DNA of 64,000 nucleotides from NCBI GenBank assembly GCA_964499705.1, contig CAZCME010000021.1:1-64000 (forward strand), read 5' to 3'. The notes beneath the pieces are model-generated. The model had not been told where the DNA came from. It was given only the letters and a program-made list of their open reading frames with translations, and searched no databases. Position numbers and translations under genes: made by a program. The number at the start of each line of letters is the position of its first letter. Position 1 is the first letter of the stretch. Below, piece after piece: positions 29,440 through 38,325 of the stretch. Source of the DNA: an uncultured bacterium (GTDB taxonomy: Bacteria; UBA8481).

Positions 29440-30099
29440 ATGAAATTCATCCGATCATGCATCATACCGCTGCTCTGCATCGCCGCGGCCTGCGGACAGG
29501 ACAAGCCGCAGAATCCACCCCAGGAGGCTCGTCCCGCCATGCCCGCAAATCCCACTCCCCGGCATATCACGCCGGCCGATATCGACCAGATCGTCATCGA
29601 TCGTTTCAAAGGAGTCCTGAAGGCCGACCAGGTCTATACCGCGCTCGTGACGCTCGAAAAAGGCGACACGTTCGAGATCCTCTTCTATCCCAACATCGCG
29701 CCGAACCATGTCGCGAATTTCGTTTCCCTGGCAAAGAAGGGCTATTACAATGGCGTGACTTTTCACCGGGTGCTCGAGGACTTCATGGCGCAGGGCGGAG
29801 ATCCGACGGGATCCGGGAGCGGTGGACCGGGTTACACGATACCGGCCGAGTTCTCCGACATCCCGCACGTGCGCGGCTCGGTTTCCATGGCGCGGACCGC
29901 CGATCCGAATTCCGCCGGTTCCCAGTTCTTCATCTGCTTCGCTCCCGTCGCTTCCCTCGACGGCAAATACACGAATTTCGGCGAGATCAAGAGCGGCATG
30001 GAATCGGTGGACCGCTTGAAGAAGCGCGATCCCCAGTCGAATCCCAGGTTCAAGGGCGACGCGATCAAGACAGTCGAGATCATCGAGAGCGCGCAGTAG
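29440..30099 (+). CDS. Cyclophilin-type peptidyl-prolyl isomerase, lipoprotein
   Basis: Lipobox IAAAC; FHRV, QGGDPTGSGSGG, SMAR, SAGSQFFI. Confidence 0.95.
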   Translation: MKFIRSCIIPLLCIAAACGQDKPQNPPQEARPAMPANPTPRHITPADIDQIVIDRFKGVLKADQVYTALVTLEKGDTFEILFYPNIAPNHVANFVSLAKKGYYNGVTFHRVLEDFMAQGGDPTGSGSGGPGYTIPAEFSDIPHVRGSVSMARTADPNSAGSQFFICFAPVASLDGKYTNFGEIKSGMESVDRLKKRDPQSNPRFKGDAIKTVEIIESAQ

Positions 30100-30133
30100 C
30101 GATTGATGTGAACCGGGGGAGACGAGATCCGGC

Positions 30134-31309
30134 ATGAGCCCGGCGCCCTTCATCATCTTCATCGTCGCGACCTCTTTCCTCATCGCGCTGATATTCTTCG
30201 TGCGAGAAAAGAATGCCGCCGTTCGCATGTTGATCGGCTTGTCTCCGCATAAGGGAATCGAAAAGCTTGCGAAGCACTGGGGGCTTTCTCCTGTCGACGG
30301 GGGAGTCACGATCGAGCGCGGGGGGATCACGTTTCGCGTTCGGTTCCAGCACGGCGGGAAGAACACACCGCACAAGCTGATCCTTTCCACCGGAGATGTC
30401 CCGGCCGGGGAACTGATCGTGCGGCGGGAAAACTGGCGCGACGCCTTCGGAAAATGGATCGGTCTCAACCGCGAATTCGATACGGGCGATCCGGCCTTTG
30501 ACCGGTTTCTCTACATCGAATCCGATGAAGACGAGCAGACGCTCCTGCGGCTCCTGTCATCCCCCGGCCGCCGGGATGCCATGAGGAAACTCATCGATGG
30601 TGGCTTGACCTCGATCCATTATTCCAGGGAGGAGATTCGATTCGTGGTGGAGCAGCCTCGCGATGAAGACTTCGCGCCCGATCTGATCGAATCGCGATTA
30701 TCCGTGATCCGGGATGTGCTGAGAGACATGGCGCCGTTACCGGCCACAGGTGCCGCTCCGTCGAAATGGAAAGGCGGCATCACCGCTTCCGTCTGCTCGG
30801 GCATGTTCTTCTTCGGCGCCATACTCGGGCTCGCCTATGTCAGGTCGAGCTATCGTCCCATCGAAGATGAACCCTGGGTCCTGGGCCTGCTGCTCGGTAT
30901 CATGGCCTGGTTCGCCCTCCAGCCCTTTCTTGTTCTCCTCTTGAAGGGTCATTCGACATCCTTACGCCATTTCCTCGTCGCCTCGCTCATTCTCCTGCCG
31001 GCCATGACCCTGTCGGGCTCCGCGGGCGTGGTCGGTTACAACGGAGCCGCTGATTCGACGCCGCTCGACCGGCACGACGCGGAGATTCTCGACAAGCGCA
31101 AGGTGCGCCACAAGAACAGCTGGACGTATTATGTCGGTGTACGCTCCTGGATCCCGGGGAAGGAGCGGATGGAACTGACGGTCGATGCCGGCCTGTACGA
31201 TCGGGCTGCGAAGGGAATGCCGCTCATCGTCACCACGCGCGCCGGCGCGTTCGGTTGGGAGTGGATCGTTTCACGGGAATTGGGTCGCGGCGAGATGAGG
31301 CGGCGCTGA
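30134..31309 (+). CDS. Hypothetical membrane protein
   Basis: N-terminal TM, TGDPAFDRFLYI segment, three further TM, C-terminal OB-like beta region. Confidence 0.75.
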   Translation: MSPAPFIIFIVATSFLIALIFFVREKNAAVRMLIGLSPHKGIEKLAKHWGLSPVDGGVTIERGGITFRVRFQHGGKNTPHKLILSTGDVPAGELIVRRENWRDAFGKWIGLNREFDTGDPAFDRFLYIESDEDEQTLLRLLSSPGRRDAMRKLIDGGLTSIHYSREEIRFVVEQPRDEDFAPDLIESRLSVIRDVLRDMAPLPATGAAPSKWKGGITASVCSGMFFFGAILGLAYVRSSYRPIEDEPWVLGLLLGIMAWFALQPFLVLLLKGHSTSLRHFLVASLILLPAMTLSGSAGVVGYNGAADSTPLDRHDAEILDKRKVRHKNSWTYYVGVRSWIPGKERMELTVDAGLYDRAAKGMPLIVTTRAGAFGWEWIVSRELGRGEMRRR

Positions 31310-31338
31310 AGGCCGTGATCCTGGATGGGTGAAGGCCG

Positions 31339-31548
31339 CTATCCAATTTCAGGATGGCGGATCACGTCTCCGAGATGAGAGGTCCAACCGGCCATCACGA
31401 GGATGACAAGAGCCAGGAACAGCACGCCGAACACATAGGCCTGGGGAGCGCCAGCCGCGCGGCGTTCCAGGAAGAGGCCGCCTGCGGCGGCGGCACCAAG
31501 AATGATCGGCCCCACGAATGTCTTCTCGGCGGCTTCCCTCATGTTCAT
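31339..31548 (-). CDS. Small hypothetical membrane protein
   Basis: Two hydrophobic helices; ends HLGDVIRHPEI. Confidence 0.45.
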   Translation of the reverse strand: MNMREAAEKTFVGPIILGAAAAGGLFLERRAAGAPQAYVFGVLFLALVILVMAGWTSHLGDVIRHPEIG

Positions 31549-31625
31549 AGACGGCGAGTTTCGATCACCTGGAAGAAACGCCAGGCGAGACAACCGGGGT
31601 TGGAGTGCGATAGAATCGCAACTTC

Positions 31626-31698
31626 GCCGATGTAGCTCAGAGGCCAGAGCAGCCGCCTTGTAAGCGGCAGGTCGTGGGTTCAATTCCCACCATCGGCT
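31626..31698 (+). tRNA. tRNA-Thr (anticodon UGU), CCA not encoded
   Basis: Acceptor stem GCCGATG/CATCGGC, D arm TAGCTCAG, anticodon arm GCCGC-CTTGTAA-GCGGC, T arm GTGGG-TTCAATT-CCCAC. Confidence 0.96.
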
Positions 31699-31723
31699 GA
31701 ATGAATTCGGCTAGACTATATCC

Positions 31724-32422
31724 ATGAAAACGATCGATTACCGGTTCCGGCTGAAATCGGGCGAGGAGAAGGTATTCTCTGTTTCGCTCGATGAGGCCAC
31801 GCTCGATTTCCAGTCCGGCCGGACCGGGACTCCGCCGGCGTGGACGGAGCTCTCCTTCTGCCAGTGCCGGAATTGTCCGCTCGATCCGGCGGCGCATCCG
31901 CATTGCCCCATCGCTCTCAACCTCGTGGATCTCATCGAATTCTTCAAGGACTCGATCTCCCACGACGAAGCCGATGTCGAAGTCATCACCACCGAAAGGT
32001 CGTATCACCGCAAGACGACGCTGCAGAAGGGGATCAGCGCCCTCATGGGAATCTTCATGGTGACCTCGGGCTGCCCGGTCATGAACAAGCTCCGGCCGAT
32101 GGTCGATTCGCACCTGCCGTTCGCGTCCGCGGAGGAAACGACATTTCGCCTGATCTCGATGTACCTCGTCGCCCAGTATTTCCGCCAGAAACACGGGCTG
32201 TCCTCCGATCAGTCGCTCTCGAAACTGGTCGTTATCCTGGATGAGATCCAGAAGGTGGATGTGGATTTCTGCAGGCGATTGAAGTCCATTCATATTCGCG
32301 ACGCCAGCCTGAACGCGCTTGTCATATTGAATACCTTCGGCGAGAGCGCGCACTTCGCGATCCTGGAGAACGATCTCGAACGGATCGAGAAAATATTCCT
32401 GGATCACTACGGCGAATCCTGA
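31724..32422 (+). CDS. Conserved hypothetical protein with Cys/His cluster
   Basis: WTEL..CQCRNCPL...HCP and TSGCP motifs; clean ORF. Confidence 0.75.
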   Translation: MKTIDYRFRLKSGEEKVFSVSLDEATLDFQSGRTGTPPAWTELSFCQCRNCPLDPAAHPHCPIALNLVDLIEFFKDSISHDEADVEVITTERSYHRKTTLQKGISALMGIFMVTSGCPVMNKLRPMVDSHLPFASAEETTFRLISMYLVAQYFRQKHGLSSDQSLSKLVVILDEIQKVDVDFCRRLKSIHIRDASLNALVILNTFGESAHFAILENDLERIEKIFLDHYGES

Positions 32423-32425
32423 CCT

Positions 32426-32866
32426 TCAGGTCAGGAGGTGATAGATGACCTCGTAATGGTCGATGGCGCCCCGGAGGCGGCCGGTGACGATCTGGAGAAT
32501 CCGCTCGTACAGGGCAATGGCCGTCTGAGGGCTCTTCGTCTTCATCCTGTTGATCCCGTCGCGGGTCAGGACGATCGCCTTCAGTTCCTTGTTGGTGACG
32601 GCGGTGGCGGTGCGGGGGTTTCCGGAAAAGAGGGCGATCTCGCCCACGATATCGCCCGCGCCCGCGACGCCGATTGCCTTCTCCCGGCCGTCGATGACGC
32701 GCGATACGACGATCTCGCCCTTCTCGATGACGAAGGCGCTGTCGCCTTCCTCGCCTTCGCGGAAGAGAACGGAGCCCGGCACGAACGTGCTGCGCTCGCA
32801 CAGTCCGCTCAACTCCGCCTTATGTTCCTGAAGAAGTGTCAGAACATTGTCCTTGGACTTTCGCAT
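32426..32866 (-). CDS. Stand-alone cyclic nucleotide-binding domain protein
   Basis: LFREGEEGD..F.I..G, GEIALF...PRTATA. Confidence 0.9.
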   Translation of the reverse strand: MRKSKDNVLTLLQEHKAELSGLCERSTFVPGSVLFREGEEGDSAFVIEKGEIVVSRVIDGREKAIGVAGAGDIVGEIALFSGNPRTATAVTNKELKAIVLTRDGINRMKTKSPQTAIALYERILQIVTGRLRGAIDHYEVIYHLLT

Positions 32867-32930
32867 ATCCGAATTCTAGCAGGGGGAACGAGGCGACACA
32901 ATGATCGGTACCAAAGTTCACACGCGGTTT

Positions 32931-33866
32931 TCAACGCGCGATCATGATCTTGCGCGTTGTCTTTTCTCCTGTTCGAGAGTGGATCACGGCGAAATAAATC
33001 CCGGACGCCAGTTCCCTCCCGTCATCGCTTTTCGCGTTCCACTGGATTGTGCCGTTCGTGCTGGAGGAATGCAGGGTGGCGGCGAGCCGTCCGGAGATTG
33101 TATAGATCTCGATGTCCGCCGAAGCGGTGACGTTCTGAAAGAGGATGCCGGACAGGGGATCGCCGGGATCATAGGGTTTACCGTTGGCATCGCTGCCGTC
33201 ATACGGGACAAAGGGATTGGGATAGACGATGGTTCCCGAGAGCGAACCGGCGGCCTGGAGGCCGAAGACGGCGAAGTTCGTGAAGTGCCGGAGCCGGGCC
33301 CGGACAAGCTGCCGCTCCGCATCGACGAAACTTGTCGGGATCCGGAGCCAGCCGGGGGCGAGGGGATCGTAGAAGTACAGCGCCAGCGTCGACTCCGGTA
33401 CGGTGAGGTTCGACCGCGTAAAGGGGATGGCGATCTCGATCGTGTCGGCGAATTCCGTGCGGCCATCTTCCCGGATCATGCGTCGATAGAGAGGCACGCC
33501 GGGCTCGGTGAGCGGAGAACTGGGCGGCGGAGGCGCATCCGGCGGCGCGGCGGAGAAAACTGAGATTCGAATGATCACGGTTTCACCGGGGGCAAGCGCC
33601 GAGGCGGGGAGATGGAGTTCGGTGTTGTCGGGAAGAGTGACCGTGTCATCCGATCCGAAATGGAAAATCTGGCGCCTTGTGTACGTGTTCCCATCGGTGG
33701 ATTCGGAGATCGTTCGGGATCGGTGATGGGGATCGGATACGACCAGCGTCATCGGGACATGGAGGGACTGATCGATGGTGAGCGAAGAAACGGGCGAAGT
33801 GCAGAAGTGTGCGAAGAGAAGGAGGCCGATCCTGGCGGTGAGCGGCCGGCAGAACGCGCACGTCAC
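32931..33866 (-). CDS. Secreted protein with ZU5-like module and FlgD-Ig/T9SS-like C-terminal domain
   Basis: Signal-like N-terminus, RHFTNFAVF, VYPNPF...IYTISGRL...WNAKSDDGRELASGIY. Confidence 0.75.
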   Translation of the reverse strand: MTCAFCRPLTARIGLLLFAHFCTSPVSSLTIDQSLHVPMTLVVSDPHHRSRTISESTDGNTYTRRQIFHFGSDDTVTLPDNTELHLPASALAPGETVIIRISVFSAAPPDAPPPPSSPLTEPGVPLYRRMIREDGRTEFADTIEIAIPFTRSNLTVPESTLALYFYDPLAPGWLRIPTSFVDAERQLVRARLRHFTNFAVFGLQAAGSLSGTIVYPNPFVPYDGSDANGKPYDPGDPLSGILFQNVTASADIEIYTISGRLAATLHSSSTNGTIQWNAKSDDGRELASGIYFAVIHSRTGEKTTRKIMIAR

Positions 33867-34681
33867 CGGGACCCGCGGGAGTCATCCAGGCCACTCTCTT
33901 GTTTCGTCCGACGAACCTCGATGACGGTATCCCCGTGGAGGACCGGGCCGGCTTGCCGGTCGATAGTGCCGGTGGAGAGTTTCCAGTGGATCGCATGGCG
34001 GCCGTCCGCGAGGGGTGGGAAAGCCGTCGTGCGGAAGATCGTGCTGCTGCCGGGCAGCGCCGCTCCGCCCCCTACCAGTACGGCGACCGCGCGCGGCTCG
34101 GAGTCGCGCGGCGCCGGCGAACTGTCTGTGCCGACCTCGAACGTTCCCGCGGGACGAAAGTGAACATTGCCCGTGTTGACGATTTCCAGCATCAGGAATT
34201 CGCCGCCCTTTCCGTCTTCTCCGACGCGCACGTCCCGGATGGCGGCGGAGGGCAAAGCGGATCCGGCGGCGAGCGCGTAAAGCGCCGTTCCGATGCGGCC
34301 GATCATGGGATTGCCTCGGGAGAGTTTCTTTTCCTCGAAGAAGACGAGCGCGAGCGATTCGCCGCGCGCATGCAAGGGCAAGTGAATGGTCCACGACACC
34401 GCGGATTCCGCGCCTGCGGGGAGATCGATCCGGGTCGGGCGAATCCGGAGCCATGGGGGAGCAGGAGCGGAGCGATCGCCTCGCGCATAATCGACGTAGG
34501 AGATCGCGGTCGCGGTGACGGTGAGAGCATGATCCGACGTGTTTTTGAGCGACCAGGCGCCCGACATGGAACTGTCTGCCGGGACGATCGCTTCGACGAC
34601 GACCGGGCTCACTTCCAATGCGGCGCGGACCGGATGCGCGGCCGCGATCATGAGAATGAGCGAGCCGGCGAGGAAAACCAT
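33863..34681 (-). CDS. Secreted two-domain Ig-fold protein, fimbrial chaperone/DUF916-like
   Basis: Signal peptide (PVRA-A), LEVSP, LKNTSD, WLRIRPTRIDLPAG, IVNTGNVHFRP; start uncertain. Confidence 0.65.
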   Translation of the reverse strand: MVFLAGSLILMIAAAHPVRAALEVSPVVVEAIVPADSSMSGAWSLKNTSDHALTVTATAISYVDYARGDRSAPAPPWLRIRPTRIDLPAGAESAVSWTIHLPLHARGESLALVFFEEKKLSRGNPMIGRIGTALYALAAGSALPSAAIRDVRVGEDGKGGEFLMLEIVNTGNVHFRPAGTFEVGTDSSPAPRDSEPRAVAVLVGGGAALPGSSTIFRTTAFPPLADGRHAIHWKLSTGTIDRQAGPVLHGDTVIEVRRTKQESGLDDSRGSR

Positions 34682-34791
34682 GAAGGACAAACGAGGCGGA
34701 CGCGACCAGTCGATTCGGGACGGGCCCGATGGCCCGCCCCGACAGGCGAAATCCGGTTCGTCCGTTTCAACGGGAAACGGCGAGACCACGG

Positions 34792-35442
34792 TCAGAGGTG
34801 GATGAAGTCGAGATACATCTGGTTCTGATAGGTGCCGGGAACCAGGCCGGTTGTCGATCCCGCGACATACAGGTGGATTGGAGAGGAACAGGCGCTGCCG
34901 TCGGCCAATTGCGACCAGCCTCCCTCCCATGCTCCGCCATTGGCGATGTTCAGGTAGGTCGAATTGTAGTCCCAGTCCGGATCGGCGGGATCCTTGTACA
35001 GCGTCCACGAGTTCCAGTTGCCCGATGAAAGAGCGGGGGTGCCGAGGGCGTCGGCGACTTTCCAGCGGAGATACATCTTATACGCGGTGTCGGGACCGAT
35101 GAGGGCGCCCCAGAAATTGCCGTCGGTCGTCCTTCCGCTCGACGTGTACGTCTTGATGTTCCAATTGTCGAAATTCGTGTTGAAGGCGACCTCCACGTAT
35201 TGACTGGAGAGCGAGAGCGTCTCCCCGGAGGCGGGCAGGCTGAACGTGAGCGAAGATGTGGCTCCGTTGTTCCCGACATTCTTCGGCTGGATGGAAAGGC
35301 TGGCGGAGCCGGATACGGTCAGGCTCATCGGAACGCTTTCCTGGTCGTCCAGCGCGGCTGATGCGGACGGAGCCAGGACGGCGAAGGAGACGGTCGTGAA
35401 AAGAAGCGGCGCGAGCGCCGCGCGAAACGCGGTGCGGATCAT
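34792..35442 (-). CDS. Secreted beta-rich protein (pilin/WxL-like)
   Basis: SD GGAGG, signal peptide ending ASA, S/T/N/G-rich, C-terminal PGTYQNQMYLDF strand. Confidence 0.75.
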   Translation of the reverse strand: MIRTAFRAALAPLLFTTVSFAVLAPSASAALDDQESVPMSLTVSGSASLSIQPKNVGNNGATSSLTFSLPASGETLSLSSQYVEVAFNTNFDNWNIKTYTSSGRTTDGNFWGALIGPDTAYKMYLRWKVADALGTPALSSGNWNSWTLYKDPADPDWDYNSTYLNIANGGAWEGGWSQLADGSACSSPIHLYVAGSTTGLVPGTYQNQMYLDFIHL

Positions 35443-35521
35443 GGTATTTCCTCCCGGGAATTGAGTTGGACATCTGGTGAATCCCGGCCCACACCGTCGC
35501 TTTTCCCGCCTCCCGTCGAAT

Positions 35522-35564
35522 TCGCTAATGCATATGTATTAGCTTAGATAATACGCATTAGCGA
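35522..35564. promoter_or_regulatory. AT-rich palindrome, putative operator or hairpin
   Basis: TCGCTAATGC...GCATTAGCGA with inner GTATTA/TAATAC, directly downstream of a -10 box. Confidence 0.55.
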
Positions 35565-35569
35565 TAAGT

Positions 35570-35599
35570 ATTATGGGCTTCGGCCGGGCGGGATGTCAA
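35570..35599 (-). promoter_or_regulatory. Sigma-70-like promoter of the secreted-protein operon
   Basis: TTGACA-18 nt-CATAAT on the minus strand. Confidence 0.6.
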
Positions 35600-35621
35600 G
35601 GGGCGAATGCAAAATGGGCAT

Positions 35622-35658
35622 AAAAAAACCGGCGCCACCCCGAGCGGGGCGGCGCCGG
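35622..35658 (-). terminator. Rho-independent terminator of glnA
   Basis: Minus strand: CCGGCGCCGCCCC-gctc-GGGGTGGCGCCGG followed by T7. Confidence 0.9.
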
Positions 35659-35699
35659 CGAGCGGTCTTGCGACCGCGAGGTCCGGCAAACGGCGCGGA

Positions 35700-37112
35700 C
35701 TAGATGTCGTAGTACAGGGCGAACTCGTAGGGGTGCGGTCGGACCCTCAACGCATCCACTTCGTTTTCTCGCTTGTAGTCGATCCAGGTCTGGATCACGT
35801 CGTCGGTGAAGACATCGCCCTTTGTCAGGAACTTGTGGTCCTTCTCCAGCTCGTCGAGCGCTTCACCGAGCGACCCGGGGGTTGACGGAACGCCCTTCTT
35901 CTCCTCGGGGGAGAGGTCGTAGATGTTCTTGTCCAGCGGTGAACCGGGGTTCAAGCGATTCTCGATGCCGTCGAGACCGGCCATCATGATCGCCGCGAAG
36001 GCGAGATACCCGTTGCAGGACGGATCCGGGCAGCGGAATTCGATTCTCTTGGCTTTCGGGTTCGAGGAATACATCGGGATGCGAATCGCCGCGGAGCGGT
36101 TCGACTGGCTGTAGGCGAGATTGACGGGCGCTTCGTAGCCGGGCACGAGCCTCTTGTAAGAGTTCGTTGTCGGATTCGTGATGCCGGTCAAGGCCTTCGC
36201 ATGCTTCAGGATGCCGCCGATGAAGAAGAGCGCGGTCTCCGAGAGTCCGGCGTAGCCATTACCCGCGAAGAGATTCTTTCCGCCCTTCCAGATGGAAACG
36301 TGCGTGTGCATGCCCGAACCGTTGTCCTGGAAGAGAGGTTTCGGCATGAACGTGACGGTCTTTCCGTTCCTGTTCGCCACATTGCGGATGATGTATTTGA
36401 AGAGCGTCAGCTGATCGCCCATCTTCAACAGCGTGTTGAACCGGATGTCGATCTCCGCCTGCCCTGCCGTCGCGACTTCGTGATGCTGCCGTTCCACCTG
36501 GATCCCGCAGAGCTGCATCTCCCTGACCATCTCGTCGCGGATGTCCTGCTGCTTGTCGAGCGGAGCGACGGGGAAATAGCCTTCCTTGTAGCGCGGCTTG
36601 TAGCCGAGATTCGGGTGCTCGTCGCGGCCGGAATTCCAGCGGCCCTCGATGGAGTCGATGTGGTAATACCCTTCGTGCTGGTTCTGGTCGAAACGGATTT
36701 CGTCGAAGATGAAAAATTCCGCTTCGGGTCCGATGAAGCACTGGTCGCCGATGCCGGAGTTGATCAGATATTGCTCCGCCTTCTGAGCGATCGACCGCGG
36801 ATCGCGCTCGTATCGCTCCTTGGTCTGCGGCGACGCGATGTTGCAGATGAGCGAGAGCGTGGGCCAGGAGTAGAACGGATCGATGAAGGCGGTCGCGGGA
36901 TCGGGCATGACGAGCATGTCCGATTCGTTGATCTTCTTCCAGCCGCGGATGGAGGAGCCATCGAAGCCGAGTCCCTCTTCGAAGAGCGACTCTTCATATT
37001 CCGAGACCGGGATCGAGAAGTGCTGCCACAATCCCGGAAAATCCATGAACTTGAAATCGATCGACTGGATCGATTTGTCTTTGATGAGCTTCGTTACATC
37101 CTTCGGCGTCAT
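35700..37112 (-). CDS. glnA: Glutamine synthetase type I
   Basis: [44 protein letters not shown], adenylylation loop DKNIYDL; start ATG 37112 with SD GGGAGG. Confidence 0.98.
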   Translation of the reverse strand: MTPKDVTKLIKDKSIQSIDFKFMDFPGLWQHFSIPVSEYEESLFEEGLGFDGSSIRGWKKINESDMLVMPDPATAFIDPFYSWPTLSLICNIASPQTKERYERDPRSIAQKAEQYLINSGIGDQCFIGPEAEFFIFDEIRFDQNQHEGYYHIDSIEGRWNSGRDEHPNLGYKPRYKEGYFPVAPLDKQQDIRDEMVREMQLCGIQVERQHHEVATAGQAEIDIRFNTLLKMGDQLTLFKYIIRNVANRNGKTVTFMPKPLFQDNGSGMHTHVSIWKGGKNLFAGNGYAGLSETALFFIGGILKHAKALTGITNPTTNSYKRLVPGYEAPVNLAYSQSNRSAAIRIPMYSSNPKAKRIEFRCPDPSCNGYLAFAAIMMAGLDGIENRLNPGSPLDKNIYDLSPEEKKGVPSTPGSLGEALDELEKDHKFLTKGDVFTDDVIQTWIDYKRENEVDALRVRPHPYEFALYYDI

Positions 37113-37280
37113 ATGTCGCCCTCCCGTTGATTGGTATACCGGCCTCGGCCGCCCGGCTCCGCGATCGTTCCGCGCGCCGATTGAAGTCCGAGACTTTAGG
37201 CGCAAACACAGGGGCATGCAACGCCCGTGAGGCATGGCTGTGGACGAAACGTCTTAGTGCCCGGTTGCAGGTCCAAGAAC

Positions 37281-37296
37281 AGCAATGAGCATGCCG
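37281..37296 (-). promoter_or_regulatory. Sigma-54 (-24/-12) promoter of glnA
   Basis: Minus strand CGGCATGCTCATTGCT matches TGGCACGNNNNTTGCW with exact GG-N10-GC spacing. Confidence 0.75.
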
Positions 37297-37405
37297 TGTT
37301 GGAGCGACAACACTTGGGGCGATGTCACAGGGTCGTCGGGCTCAAAAATGAACGGGGAGCGGTCAAAAGGATACAGGAGGGGGGCTGGGGAAATCCTTGC
37401 CAGAC

Positions 37406-37433
37406 CCTGAATCCTGAATCCTAAATCAGAAAT
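37406..37433. repeat. Degenerate heptamer tandem repeat
   Basis: cctgaat cctgaat cctaaat cagaaat. Confidence 0.6.
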
Positions 37434-37573
37434 CCCAACGTGAATCATCCTGCCTGCATCATGCGGAGAATTGCGATTTACGCCGCGCGATTTTACATTT
37501 ACGATTCTTGTGTGTTCAACCTCGTCTATGCCCATGCTGTGATTCTCCATGGGTGCCTTTCTTCCTCCGGTCC

Positions 37574-38314
37574 ATGTGCGCTTCAAAGCTGATTCCTCGC
37601 CCCGTGGAACGCCCCTGGGGCGGAAATTGCCTGCATGACCTCTGCGGCGCGGACTGCACGGGACGTTCCATCGGCGAAGCCTGGATCCATGACGGCACGG
37701 TCACACCAAGGATCATCCTGAAGTGGATCGATGCCCGCGAACATCTCTCCGTGCAGAACCATCCCAACAGGCCGGGAGGTTCCAAGCGCGAAGCCTGGTA
37801 CATTCTCCAGCCGCCGGATGATGGACGCATTATCACGGGGATGAAGGAGCCCCTCGACGGTCCTGATCCTGCATCGCGCCTGGAATACACATCCGTCTCC
37901 GCCGGCCAGGTTCTGGAGATGCCGTCAGGCCGCGTTCATGCGTTGACGGCAGGAAGCATCGTCTACGAGATCCAGGAGCCGCTTGACGTGACCTACCGCA
38001 TCTATGATTGGGGACGGCCTCGGGAAACGCACATCGATGACGCCCGGCGGTCCATCAACAGCGAACCTGCCATACTCCATACTCCTTCGCGCCGCCCCGG
38101 CCGCAATCCCATCATCGCCCGCAAGGAATTCACGCTCGAACTCTGGGCCGGCCCCTGCGCCATTGAAGCTCCGTCCGCGGGAGTCCTCTCTCATGTGGAC
38201 GGCCCCCATCGCGGCGGGTCATGGCTGGTGGAACACCACGGCATTCTCATCCTCGCGCGCGGCGAAGTGGCGCTCTGGGCAAGCAGGAAGGATGAAGCGC
38301 TTCATCCCGCCTGA
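37574..38314 (+). CDS. Mannose-6-phosphate isomerase class I-like cupin
   Basis: RPWGG, IGEAW, LSVQNHP, KREAWY, GRVHAL, EIQE..DVTYRIYDW. Confidence 0.85.
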   Translation: MCASKLIPRPVERPWGGNCLHDLCGADCTGRSIGEAWIHDGTVTPRIILKWIDAREHLSVQNHPNRPGGSKREAWYILQPPDDGRIITGMKEPLDGPDPASRLEYTSVSAGQVLEMPSGRVHALTAGSIVYEIQEPLDVTYRIYDWGRPRETHIDDARRSINSEPAILHTPSRRPGRNPIIARKEFTLELWAGPCAIEAPSAGVLSHVDGPHRGGSWLVEHHGILILARGEVALWASRKDEALHPA

Positions 38315-38325
38315 TTCATCATCGC

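Noticed and set aside
31626-35442. Genomic island integrated at tRNA-Thr
   Set aside because: No integrase, no duplicated tRNA 3' end noticed, and no clear compositional shift.
37217-37232. Second sigma-54-like site upstream of glnA (CCTCACGGGCGTTGCA, minus strand)
   Set aside because: Lacks the invariant GG at -24.
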